This document shows, piece by piece, positions 47,661 to 61,500 of a stretch of DNA of 64,000 bases (position 1 is the stretch's first letter; every line of letters begins with the position of its first letter). The notes beneath the pieces were generated by a model, which was given only the letters and a program-made list of their open reading frames with translations, was not told the origin of the DNA and ran no database searches. The stretch lies in the NCBI GenBank assembly GCA_905178155.1, contig CAJINV010000007.1, positions 3,366,265 to 3,430,264 on the forward strand, given 5' to 3'. This stretch comes from Amoebophrya sp. A120 (Eukaryota > Protista > Dinoflagellata). The position numbers and the translations under genes were made by a program.

Positions 47661-49747
47661 ATGGCCACCCCGCCGAGTCGTCGTTCCGTGCTCTTCACGG
47701 CCGGCGCAGTACTTTCCGCGTATCATCTGCAGAGTAATGGAGTTGTGTCCGCGTTCGAGCAAGGCGCCGTTGAGGACCCGGTTTCCGTTTTGAACAGTCT
47801 AGATCGCCAGATCTTCCCCCCAACCGACCAAGAAGACCAGTCAGCGCCGCTGTCGGAAGATGCTGGTGCTGACGGTGACAGCTCGCAACGAGTTTCTGAA
47901 GAACCTGTGTTGGCTTTAACCGGGACGGCCAACGCCAAGAGCGGGAGCAGCCACAACCAGGTGATCGCGTTTCTGGAAGAGAAAAAGAACGGGTTCCGTC
48001 TGCAGTGCCCCCCGGGCCAGCCCTGCAACTGCAACTGTCACTGCAACAAGGCCGCGTCCGCGCCCCCCGCGGCCGGGGCGGCGGCTGCTGCGGCCGCTGC
48101 GCCTCCGGCCCCACCACCGCCACCGCCGGTTGTGGTATAAAATATGACGAGATGTTTTTTTGAATTTGATTGGATTTATACAACAGCACGGTCACGGAAG
48201 ATGCTGCTGACGTATACCACTTTCAATTCCGAAGTGCGCCGTCTTTCGCCAACCGCTACTGCCCACAAACAGATGACTCGAAAAAACCCTAACCCAGGTC
48301 GCCCCTCCACCGCCGCCGCCCCCACCGCCACCGGCGGCCCCGGCTGCGGCGCCTCCACCACCACCCCCGCCACTGCCAGCCCTGCCGCCCATGCCGGAAG
48401 TTTCCGCGGACGATTTGCCCAAGCTGGCGCCGTATCAAATGTAGAAATGTCTGGGTCTGGAAGAATGCAACTTGTCATGCTAAATCTGAAGCATGCAAAA
48501 ATCTGTGTTGCATGACTGTAGGGTGAACTATGTATGTAGCGCTTAGGGCCCTTCCGTACGGCCAATTTGTATGTCCCGCAACGGGGTTCGCCAATGTCGG
48601 TCATTTGTATGCGAGGCGATGGGTTACCCGGTCGGCAGAGCCGATCCACACGAACGAACGATGACTACCAAAAGTCGTCCAGTTTTGACCAAGTCGGGAG
48701 GGAGTTTCTCATGCAGGATAGGCATGAGAAAGATCGCACAGAATCTGTCATTCTAGGTCCTGCATTCCAGACCTCATGGGTCATGGAAAAGCTGCATGAC
48801 AGATCGCGCATTCTTCCAGACCCAGACATTTTTACATTTGATACGCCGTTGCCGATCCAGTTTTCTGGCTCCGTGCCAATGTACGGATCGGGGAGTGGCT
48901 TCGGGTCCGTGGGCTCGGCGGTCGGATCCGTGCCTGGTGCGTTCTTGCAAGGACAACAGCAGCAGGTGCAGCAACGGGGCGGGCAAATGAAAATGGGAAC
49001 GAGCAATGGAAATGTTTCGCCGATGATGCTGCAGCAGAGCCAGCAGTACAACATGATGAACATGAACCCAGCGTTGGTACAGCAGCTCTACGCACAACAG
49101 CAAAGAAGCGCGGCCCAGCAAATGCAAACGCAGGTGAGTATGGATGTTTGACATATTTTTCACTTCACCTTAGAGCTTGAAGTTGAACGCATCGTGGTCT
49201 ACTTCGTTGAAGAAGCTGCACCTCGCATGGTCATAGTCGAGCTGCACTTCCACTTTCTCCTGTCAGAGGCTGCTCTGATATAGTTGTTCTTTGAAACTCT
49301 GTGTTACAACTAACTTTTTATTTCATCGATCAGTTCCTGAAGCAGCCGCTGAACCTGATGAGCTTCCAATCCGGTGTCTCTCCGGTTATCACACAGCAGC
49401 AATTGATGCAGCAGGACGCGCTGCTGCAGCAGGAACGGCAGCGGATCATGAACGCGCAGGAGCAACTCTACAACGCCTACAACTACGGGAACAGTGTGGC
49501 CGCGGGAAACCAACAGCAGCAACTGCAGCCGATGGTGTCGAACCAGCAACCTTTTCTGAGCAGTGCGAGGAGCGCGGGTGGTAGTGCCAGTGGTGGTCCG
49601 ACGTCTGGAGCAATGTTGTTGCAGCGGGGAATGACCAACAACGCACAGCAGTCCGCGAACAAGAACGTGGCCTCTTCGCCGTTGTCATTCTTGCAGCAGC
49701 GATCCCAAGAGCGGTTCTGCTACTGCCCCTGCATGTTTGGGGCGTGA
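47661..49747 (+). CDS. Putative secreted Cys/Pro/Gln-rich protein (4 exons)
   Basis: N-terminal hydrophobic segment, CPPGQPCNCNCHC, polyproline, Gln-rich region and C-terminal CYCPC. GT-AG introns near 48130-48297 and 49134-49333, plus the introner at 48433. Confidence 0.65.
48433..48843. mobile_element. Introner, family 1, 5-bp direct repeat CGCCG
   Basis: TATCAAATGTAGAAATGTCTGGGTCTGGAAGAATG ... CATTCTTCCAGACCCAGACATTTTTACATTTGATA; removal gives KLAPLPIQF in frame. Confidence 0.9.
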
Positions 49748-50344
49748 TGGAGGAGAACTAGGAGAAGAAAATTTGGCTAAACTTCTCCCATGGACCGAAG
49801 AAGCTATGTGATGCCTGAAGATCAAGATTGTCTTTTTGATACTTTTTTCCAAGATTACGATTCTGAAACAACCATTTGAGCAGTGATTGGTGCCTCCACG
49901 GTGTGCCTCAACTACAGCGACCACTTGTTGTCGACTGTGAGGCAGTGCTTGTCTAAAGCGACGAGGTCGAGAACGTTCGGAGAACATCACTACGTCAAAT
50001 ATTCTCGTTGTTCGAGGTCGAGGAAACACTTCGTCGCCGACTTTCGCGAATCAAAATCACGTAGCGTTCGTTTTGATCTGTCGTTCTTGTGTGTTTCGCC
50101 TTCGATTATGTATATGTTGAGTGATTGACATTGACTGTCCAGCATCGTACTTGACAGCAAGCAACGAAGCTGCAGAAACTTGGCGCATGTCATGGCTTCG
50201 TCCTATCTATGTATGTTGGATTCGCTTAGTATCTGTGATACTGACTTTCGAAGAAAGTAAAAAGATCCATGCAGTTTGTTTTTGCTGAAGCTGCTGATGC
50301 TGGCACAACCACAAGAAATTGCGATTGAAAATTGAATAGACAAG

Positions 50345-53300
50345 ATGCCTGAGACCGCGCCCTCGGCGCAGGATAAGAAGCGTCCTCGCGCCGCCGAGGA
50401 TGCAGATCCGACTGCAGATAAAAAGCTCAGCAGCTCGAATGCTGCAAAAAAACCAAAGCTGACCGCCGCCGCGTTGAGCGCCCATGACAAAGCGAACAAG
50501 AAAGAGAGTGCCGCGAAAGGCAATGAAAAACCCGGCTCTGCTTCACCCGGGGGGACGGAGGAGCTCGACGAGTGTCGGCGGACAGAACGGCTGGAAGACA
50601 GCAGCTCGAAAGAAGCGCTGAATTTGCGAATCTTGAGTGACGGAAATGAGGACGAGGAGGAGGAGGATGAAAAATCCGAAAAGGGGGCGGGAGGGGACGA
50701 AGGCAAAGCAGACGCTGCTGCTGGATCTGCTGCTGTTCCGCCAGACGAGCAAGACGATCCTCAGGCCGCGGCTCCAGTCGATATGGAGGTGGAGGTAGAT
50801 GACAAGGTAGGAGATGACGTCCCCGAACCACCGCCGGCAGCACCTCCTGTGCTTGTGAAAGGCAAAGAGGACGAGGCTGAGAACAAGAAGCCAGCAGCAA
50901 AGGCTGCACCGCCAAAGGGGAAGGAGCCATACGTGCGTAAGCAGCAGCTTGAGCAAGGCAAATCTGCATCGTCTTCGTCTCTTAGCAACGCAAATTCGAA
51001 GTTGGACAAGAGCGCAAATAACACGTCGCTTGACTTGTTGAACAGTTCAGGGAACTCGAGCGCCAGCATCGAAGCAGAAGATTGGAAGTGGAATGGAGGT
51101 ACATGCAAAATTTGTTCGTTGTACTGCTGCTGATGAATTGTTGATCTTGATGCAGACTGCTTTTGTGTTACATGACGATCAAATGGAAAAGCAGCACTCA
51201 TGTCAACGACAACTCTTTCCCCTTTTCATTTCAGGTATCGACCCCAAATGGGAGAAATCCTCCTGCGGCAACTTCTACGCATTAGATAACAACAAATTTA
51301 AACTTCCCGCGACCATTTACGACAAGCTTTACCCCTACCAGCGGCACGCGGTCGGCTGGATGTGGAACCTTTACAAGGCGAAAAAGGGCGGAATTTTCGC
51401 CGACGAGATGGGTCTGGGCAAAACCGTGATGGTGTGCGCTTTCCTGGCCGGGCTGTCGGCCAGCAATCTCGGACGGCACTTTCTCATCGTCTTGCCGAAC
51501 ACACTGTTCATTTCCTGGACGGAGGAATTACGGAAATGGGTTTGCGAAGTGGTGTCGACGTCGAAAAGCAGTTCCTCTTCCTCTTCCAGCAGCAATCCAA
51601 ACCCGCTACAAGACCAGCCCGACCCGAACGAGCTGCCGGGTGTGAATTTCGGGCCCCAGTTTTTCGTCCGCTACCTGTGCGGATCCAACAGCAAAAAGGA
51701 GCGGCAGGAGTCGATCCGGAAAATCGCGCGGTGTGGGGGCGCGCTGCTGACCAGCTACGGGATAATCAAAACGTCGTTGGAGCATATTTCCTGCGTCGGG
51801 CCGCCGACGGAAATCCAGACGAACAAGCGAAAAGGGAAAAACGCGAAGAAGAAGAACAAAGCGGTGTCCGACGACGACTTTGATGATGAGCAGGAGGAGG
51901 AGAAGCAGTTTGCGCTACTGCAAGACCGGAAAGCCTGGGACTGCGTGATCTGCGACGAGGCGCACCAGCTGAAGGAACGCAGCAGCCAGGGGGCGAAGTC
52001 GCTACGCCAGGTGTCCGCGCACAGCAAGTTTTTGCTGACGGGCACGCCGTACCAAAACAACTTGGGGGAAATCTGGTCGCTCGCGGACCTCGCGATGCCG
52101 GGCGTGCTCGGGAATTTCGCGACCTTCACGCAGAACTTCTCGGACCCGATTGTGGCGGGGTCGAAACGAAACGCCAGCTCTTTCGCGGTTCTCAAGAAGG
52201 ATAAGTTGTCGCGAGAGTTGAAAAACATTCTCAGTCGCCACTTCCTCCGCCGCGACAAGGCCGGGGTCTTGAAGCAAATCAACACCGTTGGACTAGTGCA
52301 GCAGAACAGTTCTGGTGGTGGTTCTAGCTCATCCTCGTCTTCGTCTACGGCAAATAATAAAAGCGCCGGAATAAGTTCAACAGAACCGAGAAAAATGGAA
52401 CTGCCGCCGAAAAAAGACGTCCTGCTGTTCTGTGAATTGTCGACGAAGCAGAAGCAGATGTACAGCGAGTTTTTGAATTCCGACATTGTCCGCGAGGCGA
52501 AGCTATGAATTGCAAAAGTATCGCACTCGTAGTAGTGCAACACAAATTAGCTCAGCATGACAAAGGGAATCTGCCATGCTAATTTAGCTTGAAAATAATG
52601 AGATTTGTCTTGCATGACTGCGATTAGTACGAGGACGATACTTTTGCACTGGATAGAAGCGCGCGAAGAAGTCCGGCATTGAGTCGTTCAAAGCGATTTC
52701 GTTGTTGAAGAAACTCTGCGACCACCCGTTGATGTGCCTCCCGTTTGAACCCTTTCACCTCCAAATGCTGCAGAAGTGGGGAATGATCGCCGCGGGTAAC
52801 GAGGGGCCGGAAGAAGAGGAGGCCAATTTGGACGAGAACAAGGGCTACGACTGGTCGAAGCTGGTGGACATGATCCCGGACCAGCCGGTGCAGGCGGTGG
52901 ACTTGTCGTGCAAACTCTCCTTGTTGAACGAGTTGGTGCCGAAACTGGTGTTCAACAAGCAAAACCCGCACCGCGTGCTGATCTTCAGCTACAGCACGCG
53001 GATGCTGGATTTGATCCAGTCTTCGGTTTTACGACCCAACGGGGTGAAGTTCCTGCGCATCGACGGTGCGGTCGAATTACCGGAGCGGGAAAAAAAGATC
53101 CAAAAGTTCGAGAATGACACGAACGGCAAATTCCACTGCATGTGTCTCAGCACGAAGGTGGGGGGCGTGGGGTTGACGCTAGTGTCTGCGGACCGGGTGA
53201 TCCTGGTGGAACCCGGGTGGTCGCCGGCGATCGATCAACAGGTAAATCGATATAGGGCGCCTTTGGTCATGCACCTGCGCCGTACTATATTCAGTTTCAG

Positions 53301-54552
53301 TTTCAGATTCACACTTTGTAGGGGCAGTAGTAGCATTAGCCAAATAGTATCATGATTGATGATGTGGATGTCCGTTGGCTCGCAAGTAGAAGTTACCAGG
53401 AAGTAAGGAAAAACAAAACACGCACTACCACTCATTTCCCAACAGGCGATGGACCGCGCGCACCGGCTTGGGCAGACGAAGGAGGTGGTCGTTTACCGTG
53501 TCATTTCGCACAGCACTATCGAGGACAAAATGTTTCGGGTGCAGGTGTTCAAGCAGGGTCTTTGCAAAACGGCGCTGGGCCGAGAGAACCAGCAGCGGTA
53601 CTTCAACACCGACGAATTGAAAACGCTCTTCACGCCGATAGAGGACGGAGATAAAAAAGTTGTTGCTGTGAAGAAAAACAACCAATCCGGTGGCAGTTCT
53701 TCCTCCTCCTCATCCTCCTCTTCCGCGGTGAAGAACAAAAATCAAGCCGACGAGGAGAACATGCAGCTTGTCGCCGCCGATCCCTCGGACCAGCCGCAGC
53801 ACAGCACGCTGCAACTTCTCGATTTCGAGCAGGATAGCGAGAAGGTACTGCAAACGTTAGTGGCGGACGTAGGGGAGGTTTCGGAGGAGAACTCCTTCTG
53901 GAAACGGGCGGGGTTGAAGGGGTTCGCGGATTACGCGGAGCTGTTTCAGAAAGAGGACGACACGGTGAAAAAGGACGCCGTTGCGGAGGAGGAAATTCTG
54001 GAAGAGGTCGAGGAAGCCGTGGTATTGCTGAAGTCCGAGACCTACGACCACCAAATCTCCGACTCGCCGAAACAACTGAGCAAGAAGAGAAACAACGGCG
54101 GTGCTGGTGGGAAGAACAAAAATGAGCTGGATTTGGAATTAAATGTGCTGATGGATTTGGACGAAGAGGAGGAAGTCGGCGAACCGGAGTTTTTGAAAAA
54201 AGAAGAGGATGGTGTTGAAGAAAACAAGGAAATGCCCGATGCAGGACCTGTGCAAGAAAATGAACGGGCAAAAGGAGAAAAGAGCAAGAATGAAACCAAA
54301 GAGGGTCATCTTCTTGAGGAACAGCCAGAGAACCCTGCTCTGGCTGAAGAACAGGAAGAAGATGAAGAGGATTTCGAGGAGCCTGAAGAGCAATCTTCGC
54401 CGGCCGCGGCTGAAGACGACGAAGCTGTAGGGAATAACAAGAAGGTGCAAGAAATAAACCGCGGACCAAAACAGGATGTTGTCATGCAGGACGCGGCTGA
54501 AGACAACTCGGCCCCGATTGAGGAGGCGGACGACCAAATGCTCACTTCGTAG
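50345..54552 (+). CDS. SNF2-family ATPase, ERCC6/ERCC6L(PICH)-like (exons 50345-51098, 51235-52503, 52661-53241, 53446-54552; ~1236 aa)
   Basis: [69 protein letters not shown]; all joins are in frame. Confidence 0.9.
52504..52655. mobile_element. Introner, family 3 (TIR TAT....TGCAAAAGTATCG), 5-bp direct repeat GAAGC
   Basis: GAAGC at 52499-52503 and 52656-52660; removal gives EAKRAKKSG...LKKLCDHP in frame. Confidence 0.85.
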
Positions 54553-55721
54553 GCGCTCGGAAGTACTAGCTGCGGAACGAAGTAGAAAAGTTCCGCAAAT
54601 AACTAGTCAAACGAGAAGAGACAGTACCACCAGGGTAACAAGCTCACATCATCTCTGCGCAACAGAGAACCGAACGGAACGGCCTACGTTGAAGTTGATG
54701 AATACTTTTGTACGACGTGAAGATGAACTAAATCGCGAGTTGACTCATCCCAATAAATTGAAAGTCTAGCCCCCGGGAAACCTAGTTGGCACTGAAATAC
54801 GAGCGCAAGATGAGTTGAAGTTGTCGTGTGAATCTGTAATTTGTACCCTCGAGAATGAAGAAACACAACTGCTGTGCGGACCTGTAACACTGCCTACGAA
54901 ATAAGTAAAATGTTTCGAAGGCCTTCTCCCAGCCTTGTTCCTTCGTCCTATGAGGCCTGAGGAATACGACCCGGTCGAATCCGCAGTCGCTCAGGAGACT
55001 GGCATTGTGGCCACGACGGACGCCAGGCAGAAGTGAAACAGCGACGGTGTTTGAAGATGGTGCCCGGGTAGCGCATCAGCAATTGTTTGTGCCAGGCACT
55101 GGCTTTTGACGCCGTCTCTTGGCAACTTGAAACAGACCCAAATTTTAAACTCACGCTTCCGAACGTGTCTGAAGATCAACGAGCACACTTGACTTCTACC
55201 TTGCGATCAGATCATTGGTATGACTCTGTCTGAGCTAGCAAAGAAACGGCACAGTGCAGAAAGAAAAGCTTATGAAGAGAATGGTGCAGGAGCTCCCTGC
55301 TAGATGATGATAATGGAAGATCTACTTGAATGAGATGTGTTGTAGCTAGTTTAATAATCCCACCTCATGCTGTTGCTGTCCCTGTCTTCGTTGATGTTGT
55401 AGATCTTCGCTCTTTTTGTGTTGGATCCGACCTCACCCAAATTCACAGATTTGTCCGGCAGACAAAGCTTCTCAGACTCGGTTTTTTTGAATACTTCTGA
55501 ACGGAACTCTGTTATTGTGAACGCACTTACTAACCTCTCTTAGGTGCCTGCCAACGCAGAAGTCTTGTTGATCTTCATCGTCAACGCGAGAATCAAATAC
55601 TGAAAATTGGTATCAAAGCAATCGAAAGCGCGATAAATATCAATGCAAGATAGGACCACACGATTGGGATTGCAGCTGCAAGAATACCGAAGATCAGTAG
55701 AAAGCAGCAAGGAAGAACACT

Positions 55722-57554
55722 ATGATGGCGCCGTCGACTGCGACGCCAGACACCGTGCGCATGTCCGCGTCAATTACCTTCCCCTGCTCCGAGGGCCGCG
55801 CAGTAGAGGAGGACCCGGTGGTGGAAAAGATCAAGGCGAAATGGAACTGCCCCCGCCTCAGCGACCGGGTAAAGTTCCGGCTGGATTGGGGCATGACGGG
55901 CGACGAGCAAGACAAAATTTTGTTCACGCACAAGGAGCTTCTGCACCTTGGCTTGCTGTGGTCCGACCTGGATCGCGATATTTTGCTCTATGAGGCAACG
56001 GATCCGGCTGAGGAGGAGGAAAAAAAGAAGAAGAAGAAGAAGCAAAACTACAAGCTGGATAGGCAGAAGATGCAAAATGATAAGAACCTCGCGAACGACG
56101 GTACGGGTACTTCTAAACGTGAAAATGCAAATGACAGCATTACGTTAGAGATGAACGAGACTACGTCCGACTCCGACGAGGAGGTGGAGGAAAGCGATCC
56201 ACTGACGCGATTGATTGTGACGTACGAGGATTTTTCGGGCGCTTTTCTCGCGAAGTGCTGGAAGAAACGGTTTGGCGACGCCGTTCCATACCGGAATGAG
56301 CTCCCGGACATGACATTTTTGTCGATTATGGCTTTCCGGCCGACAGCAGAAGATTACACGACCAACAACAAAACGAAAAGTTTAACCTCCCATGCCTCAG
56401 AGGATACTTGTTGGCTGCGTCTCAGTGACGAATTGAACGGGAAGATTTTGGAAACAGACGACGACATTACGAACCGAATCATGCAAATCTTGGACGACTT
56501 TTTCCAAACGGAAAACGCGGATAAACTGTTCCAAGAAACGAAAACCCCTGGCGTACCGACAGGAGGTGTCCGAGAACCAGAACAAGGACCACATCCACCA
56601 CATGGAGACAGCAAGAACGGTTCGTCCGTGAAGAACGGGAGTCAAAATCCACTTGATATCATTGAAGTGGAGACGCACCTGCGGTTGATTTTGACGTTGC
56701 CGGACTTTGCCATCGGCGACATGCTGCTGCGGCGGCCCATGCACAGTTGCGAAACGGAGTCGGACCTGCGGAAAATGTTCGGTTTGTTCGAGTGCGTTTT
56801 GGAAAATTTCCCGCAGCAGGCAGAAACCGAGAAAGACCACCCCCTCGTGGCTGAGGTTCTGTTTCGCTTCGCCCAGAGAGACTGGAAAGTCGCCGCGGAA
56901 GTGGACAAACGGACGAAGTGGATGATAAAAACAGGAGCGGAAAGGCCGGCCGAGCAGCTCCCGCTTGCTGCGTATCCCGATTTTGTGGAAAAAGGGTTGA
57001 TGCAGCTTCTCCGTCATGGATTTTCCGCAGCTTCTGTTCGGACACCGGCTGGTGCGTACCATGAGCTGGTCGGCCCCGCGCCGTTTGGGTTCCCTCCGGC
57101 CAGGGCGGTCAAAAGTGCGGAGCTGTTTTCTGCCCTTCTTGGCATGAAGGATCTGCACGCATTGGCGGTGGAAAAAAATCGAGAAGTAAAGGCGGACGGT
57201 GACGTGGATAACTTCACCTCCTTCGATTTGAAAGCCGCCGCGGATGTTTTTCTGGAACGACCCGACTTGGCGGAAGCGGCGCGCATCTACCTCTGTCCCG
57301 TGGAAATGCGGAAAGAGCCCAAGAGCTTCTACAAACTGAAAACCTGGTCAGAGGAAAGGGAGCGATTTGAGAAGTTGTATCGCGCACCCAATCACAAAAA
57401 GTGGGCAGAAATAATGCGTCTGGCGCCACCAAGACCAACATCTACATCTACTCTTCCTTCAGCTGGACGAACTGGAGCTGGTGCTACAACCACGGGGCCG
57501 CCAGTACAGCCCCACATGTGTGAATTCTCGCCGCTGCCTAACGGTGGAAAATGA
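55722..57554 (+). CDS. Hypothetical protein (610 aa, single exon)
   Basis: Long ORF with coding-like composition; no recognised motif. Confidence 0.7.
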   Translation: MMAPSTATPDTVRMSASITFPCSEGRAVEEDPVVEKIKAKWNCPRLSDRVKFRLDWGMTGDEQDKILFTHKELLHLGLLWSDLDRDILLYEATDPAEEEEKKKKKKKQNYKLDRQKMQNDKNLANDGTGTSKRENANDSITLEMNETTSDSDEEVEESDPLTRLIVTYEDFSGAFLAKCWKKRFGDAVPYRNELPDMTFLSIMAFRPTAEDYTTNNKTKSLTSHASEDTCWLRLSDELNGKILETDDDITNRIMQILDDFFQTENADKLFQETKTPGVPTGGVREPEQGPHPPHGDSKNGSSVKNGSQNPLDIIEVETHLRLILTLPDFAIGDMLLRRPMHSCETESDLRKMFGLFECVLENFPQQAETEKDHPLVAEVLFRFAQRDWKVAAEVDKRTKWMIKTGAERPAEQLPLAAYPDFVEKGLMQLLRHGFSAASVRTPAGAYHELVGPAPFGFPPARAVKSAELFSALLGMKDLHALAVEKNREVKADGDVDNFTSFDLKAAADVFLERPDLAEAARIYLCPVEMRKEPKSFYKLKTWSEERERFEKLYRAPNHKKWAEIMRLAPPRPTSTSTLPSAGRTGAGATTTGPPVQPHMCEFSPLPNGGK

Positions 57555-58567
57555 CAGCACTTTGCTACAGATATAATATTGATAGTCTGTTTCCTGTTTT
57601 TCTTGTAAAGTTAGTTTCCTGCCTGCTCGGCCTTATTCTCAACAAGAACAAAAACAATCTTCATACAAGAATATGCAAGAACGAAGCCGGGTCCTCATTA
57701 CGGAGATACAGATAGTGCTCTAACGACCGACAGCTACAAAAATCATGCTTGTGCCACTTCTGCAGGACAAAATCAAAGCTCAACAGAAAAATAGCGGATC
57801 GTCCAGGAAATCGTTGAGCTTAAAAAATGCGTTGAACTTGAAGCAAGATCCTCAGTCTTTCGCCGATCGCGTTGAAATTTGAACAAAACTAAACGTGGTC
57901 TTGCAAAATAATGTGGATGATAGAAAATTGAAAAGAAGAACAAGACGAAGAACCACGATGCTCATTGCGTGTTGCTGCTTCATCAATCAAACAAATTTGT
58001 CCTCACAAAATTCAACAGCACGAAGCGGCATCCGAATTGCTACGCTTTTTCTCGCTATCAACTTTAGATGCGATTTGGAAGAAAAATTGCATCTCGGAAC
58101 GAGGAATAGATCCCTAAAAAGAATAAAAAGTCGCGACCCCGCACTCTTTTATCCCTCCTTTTTCACGAGCTTGTTGTTACCGCCATTTGTTTCACTCAGA
58201 TTCATGTGTTATCGTGTGCGATGAAGCGAAGCGGAAGCACAAGCAGCATAATTTGTCCAGCCCATGTAGTATGGAAAATTAACGATAGCGAAATAACAAG
58301 ATCGACCTATATTTTTCTACCCCAAAAATAAAATTCCCCCATTTATTCAAGGTTCGTCTTACCACCTAGTAAACGCCGTATTTATGTTTTCTAGAGCTCG
58401 ACGAGTCACCCTCACCTCCACGTGTACTCAACAGGTTAGTTCTTGAAAAAGAAAAGTCTTTATTCAACATCAAGGAGCGCCGTTGAAGCTATCAATTGAA
58501 GTTGTCGAGGATTATTACACACCTCCCACCTCTCTCCCCACCGAGGATCGAGACTAACAACATCAAC

Positions 58568-61500
58568 ATGACTTCGCAACCGCCAGCACCTGGTTCGCAT
58601 CACACTAAGATGCCGCCACCCCAGCACCTCCCGCCGCCGCCGAGCCACGATCCGCGGGGAGCGCCGCCCCCGACAGGAACTCCTGGTTACCACCCGCAGC
58701 CACGGGGAGCAGGTACTAGTGCAACGACCGGTGTTCATCTTGCGGGTGTCCTCCCGGGAAATCCGCCACCGCCCGCACCTAGTCCACCTGGTGGACTACA
58801 ACCGCAGTCAATGATGCCATATAATCCAGGGCAACTACATCAAGGCACTATGAAAAATGGTCCACCAGCACCTCCCGGAATGATGCCAACATCTCAACAT
58901 CCTGCCACTATGCAGCCGTCTTCCACCAGAGGGCTGCCGCCGGGAGGAGGTTCGGTTTCGCCCCCGCCGCCGCCGGCGATGCTGGTCCCTTCACAACAAG
59001 CAGGCGCAGTCCCGCGGCCAAACATCCGACCGCCGCCCGGAATGGCACCGGCAGGCAATGGCGCGACGACCAATGGAGGTGGAGCTGGGAACGGGAATGG
59101 TCATCCATTGAACCAACAACAGCAACAGCGTGGTGGTGCTCCTCAGGGTACTACCAGCCCGACTGGACCACCGCCACCACCGCCCCCACCGGGGATGGAG
59201 ATGGTTGGTCCTCCAGGCATGGCCAAGGGAGCTGGAAAGATGGGTCAACACCAGCAGCACCCCGCGCCGGCTCCGCCACCGGGGATTGTCGCAGGAGCAG
59301 GGGTTGGCAGCTCCACCAAGCAAACAACACCGCACATGAAGACCTCCAATGTAGTAGGCCCGCCGCCGGGCATGGCTGCCGTGGCTCCGCAACAACCGCC
59401 AGCTGGGATGGCGGGGCAACAACCTTCGCCCGGAGTCGTGTCAGGGGGAAACATGGCCGCGCAGCGCGGGTCTCCACCTCCGATGCAGGGAGCAGGGCCG
59501 CATCCGCAGGCTGCTTACATCGCCGTGCCGACCGGGTACGGAGCGCCGCCTGCAGGAGCAGGCAAGGGACAGCCGCTGTACCATGAACAGGTATTGGATG
59601 TTGATAATTTTTCGGTGGTGCGGCTTCAATTTGTGTGATGGTATGTGATGTGTGGTCTGGTTGAATCTTCATCGCGAGTATGGTATAAAACGGCACGGCA
59701 CGACGACAGGTGAAGTAGAATATGAAAGGTTAGTGTGCATTTATTGATCTTGCAGCAAGTACTCTGCAGCCCAGATTGATAAAGCAAAAGCACATATACA
59801 CAACATCACTTCGTCATATTAATTCCAGAGATGACATCTTCCGAATTCAAATCATCTGCAAATCAATGCACCCTGCACATCAACACCAACAGGCCCGGTA
59901 CAACAACGTCGCCCAGCCTCCGCACCCAACGGACCCTCGTTACGGTCTGGGTCCACCGCAGCAGCCGATGCACCCTGCCGGCGCGATGCCAACCTCGCCG
60001 CGTCCCGCGCCGCCAGCCGGCGCTGCCCCCGCACCGCAGGAACTACAACCACGCCAACGCATGTCGCACCAGCAGGCTGCAGAACACCAAGCCGCCGCAC
60101 AGCAGCAGGCACAGAATCTTCAAGTACAGCAGCAGCATGCCGCCAACTATAACAACAACCAAACGGCGATAATTCCTCCGCCGAGGAGGAGCAAGCAAGC
60201 CCGGGCGTCCACCAGCACCCTGGATGAGTACCAAGCGCGGTGGGTGAAGCATATGGAGGTGAACAAGAAGATGCGGCAGAGGTTCCACAACGCGATTATG
60301 GCGTTCTCAAACGTTACGTCCTCAACTGTTACATAATTTGTCATGCAAAACTCGCAGCAGCATCTACACCATTAAGGAGCTGCTTCGCATGACAAATTGT
60401 CGAATGGCTAGACAGCATCTAAATCTGTACCAGACCTGTATTGCAAGAGGCGCAAACTTCCGCCTTTCACTCTTGCTGTTTTTGCATGACAAATCCATGT
60501 AACAATAGAGAATGTAACATTTGAGAACGCCATAGCGATGAAGGCGAAGTTTCCGGAGTACACCCGGGCCATGACGGAGTTGCAGAAGAACGACATGCAG
60601 GACGTGTACCTGATGGTGGGCATGCGCCACTGCTTGGTCATGATGCGGCACTACATCGGGGAACCCAGCGAGGAGCAGAAACTGGGCTACGGCACCGAGC
60701 AGCGCGTGGAAATGACGAAGCAGGAGCGCCACGACGAACGGCAGCGGCGCAAGGCGGAAAGGGACAAGCTGCGCGAAGAACAAGGAGCCACGCTGGGAGC
60801 CGCACGTAAGATGTTGAGACAGGATTTTTACGTTTTATTTCGCATGATGTTCTTGATGGATTCTGTTTTTTCTTGAAAATTCGACTTCGAGTAGAGGTTT
60901 AGATTTCATCTGCTGTCATTACACTTCTTGACTTGCACTTCTTCTTCGCGCATTTAAGTTCTTGAAAAGCAAATTGAACTTCATACTAAACCGCAGGTGC
61001 CACTTTCACCAGCACCGGGACGGCCGGAGACAATCCGCCGGCCGACCCGTGGTTTTTGCGCCAAGGGGGCCCTAGTGGAAGCGCAGACCCCGCGAAGGAA
61101 ACTAATGCTGCTTCGAGCAAAGTGGCCAACTGGCGCGACGCGCAAGCGGAGCCGACGTCGAGCTATTTCGCAGCGCGGACCACCGCGAAGGACCCTGAAC
61201 GCGGTGGCCTGCCGCGTGCCGGGTCAAAGGCGCCGAGTAGCTCTGCGTCGCAGTACGATGTCGTGAATAAGGAAATGTGGCGGACAGTGTCGACGCTTGA
61301 GCAGTCGTCCCCTGACAGCACTACTGCCGCGGCCGGTAATGGGATGAACAGCAACAGTGCCGGTAAGGATCATCAAAACAAGGACACTGACAACCCAACT
61401 GACGACTTCGTCCCGTTGTCCCGGCAACGGCAGGAGCAGGAGCGGTTGGCGCGCCAGGAGTCCACGGGTGGAGCGGGCGGGCTGCTGTCCCGCACCCATA

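Noticed and set aside
51755-54545. Long minus-strand ORFs (here and opposite other genes)
   Set aside because: They are antisense shadows of GC-rich + strand coding exons.
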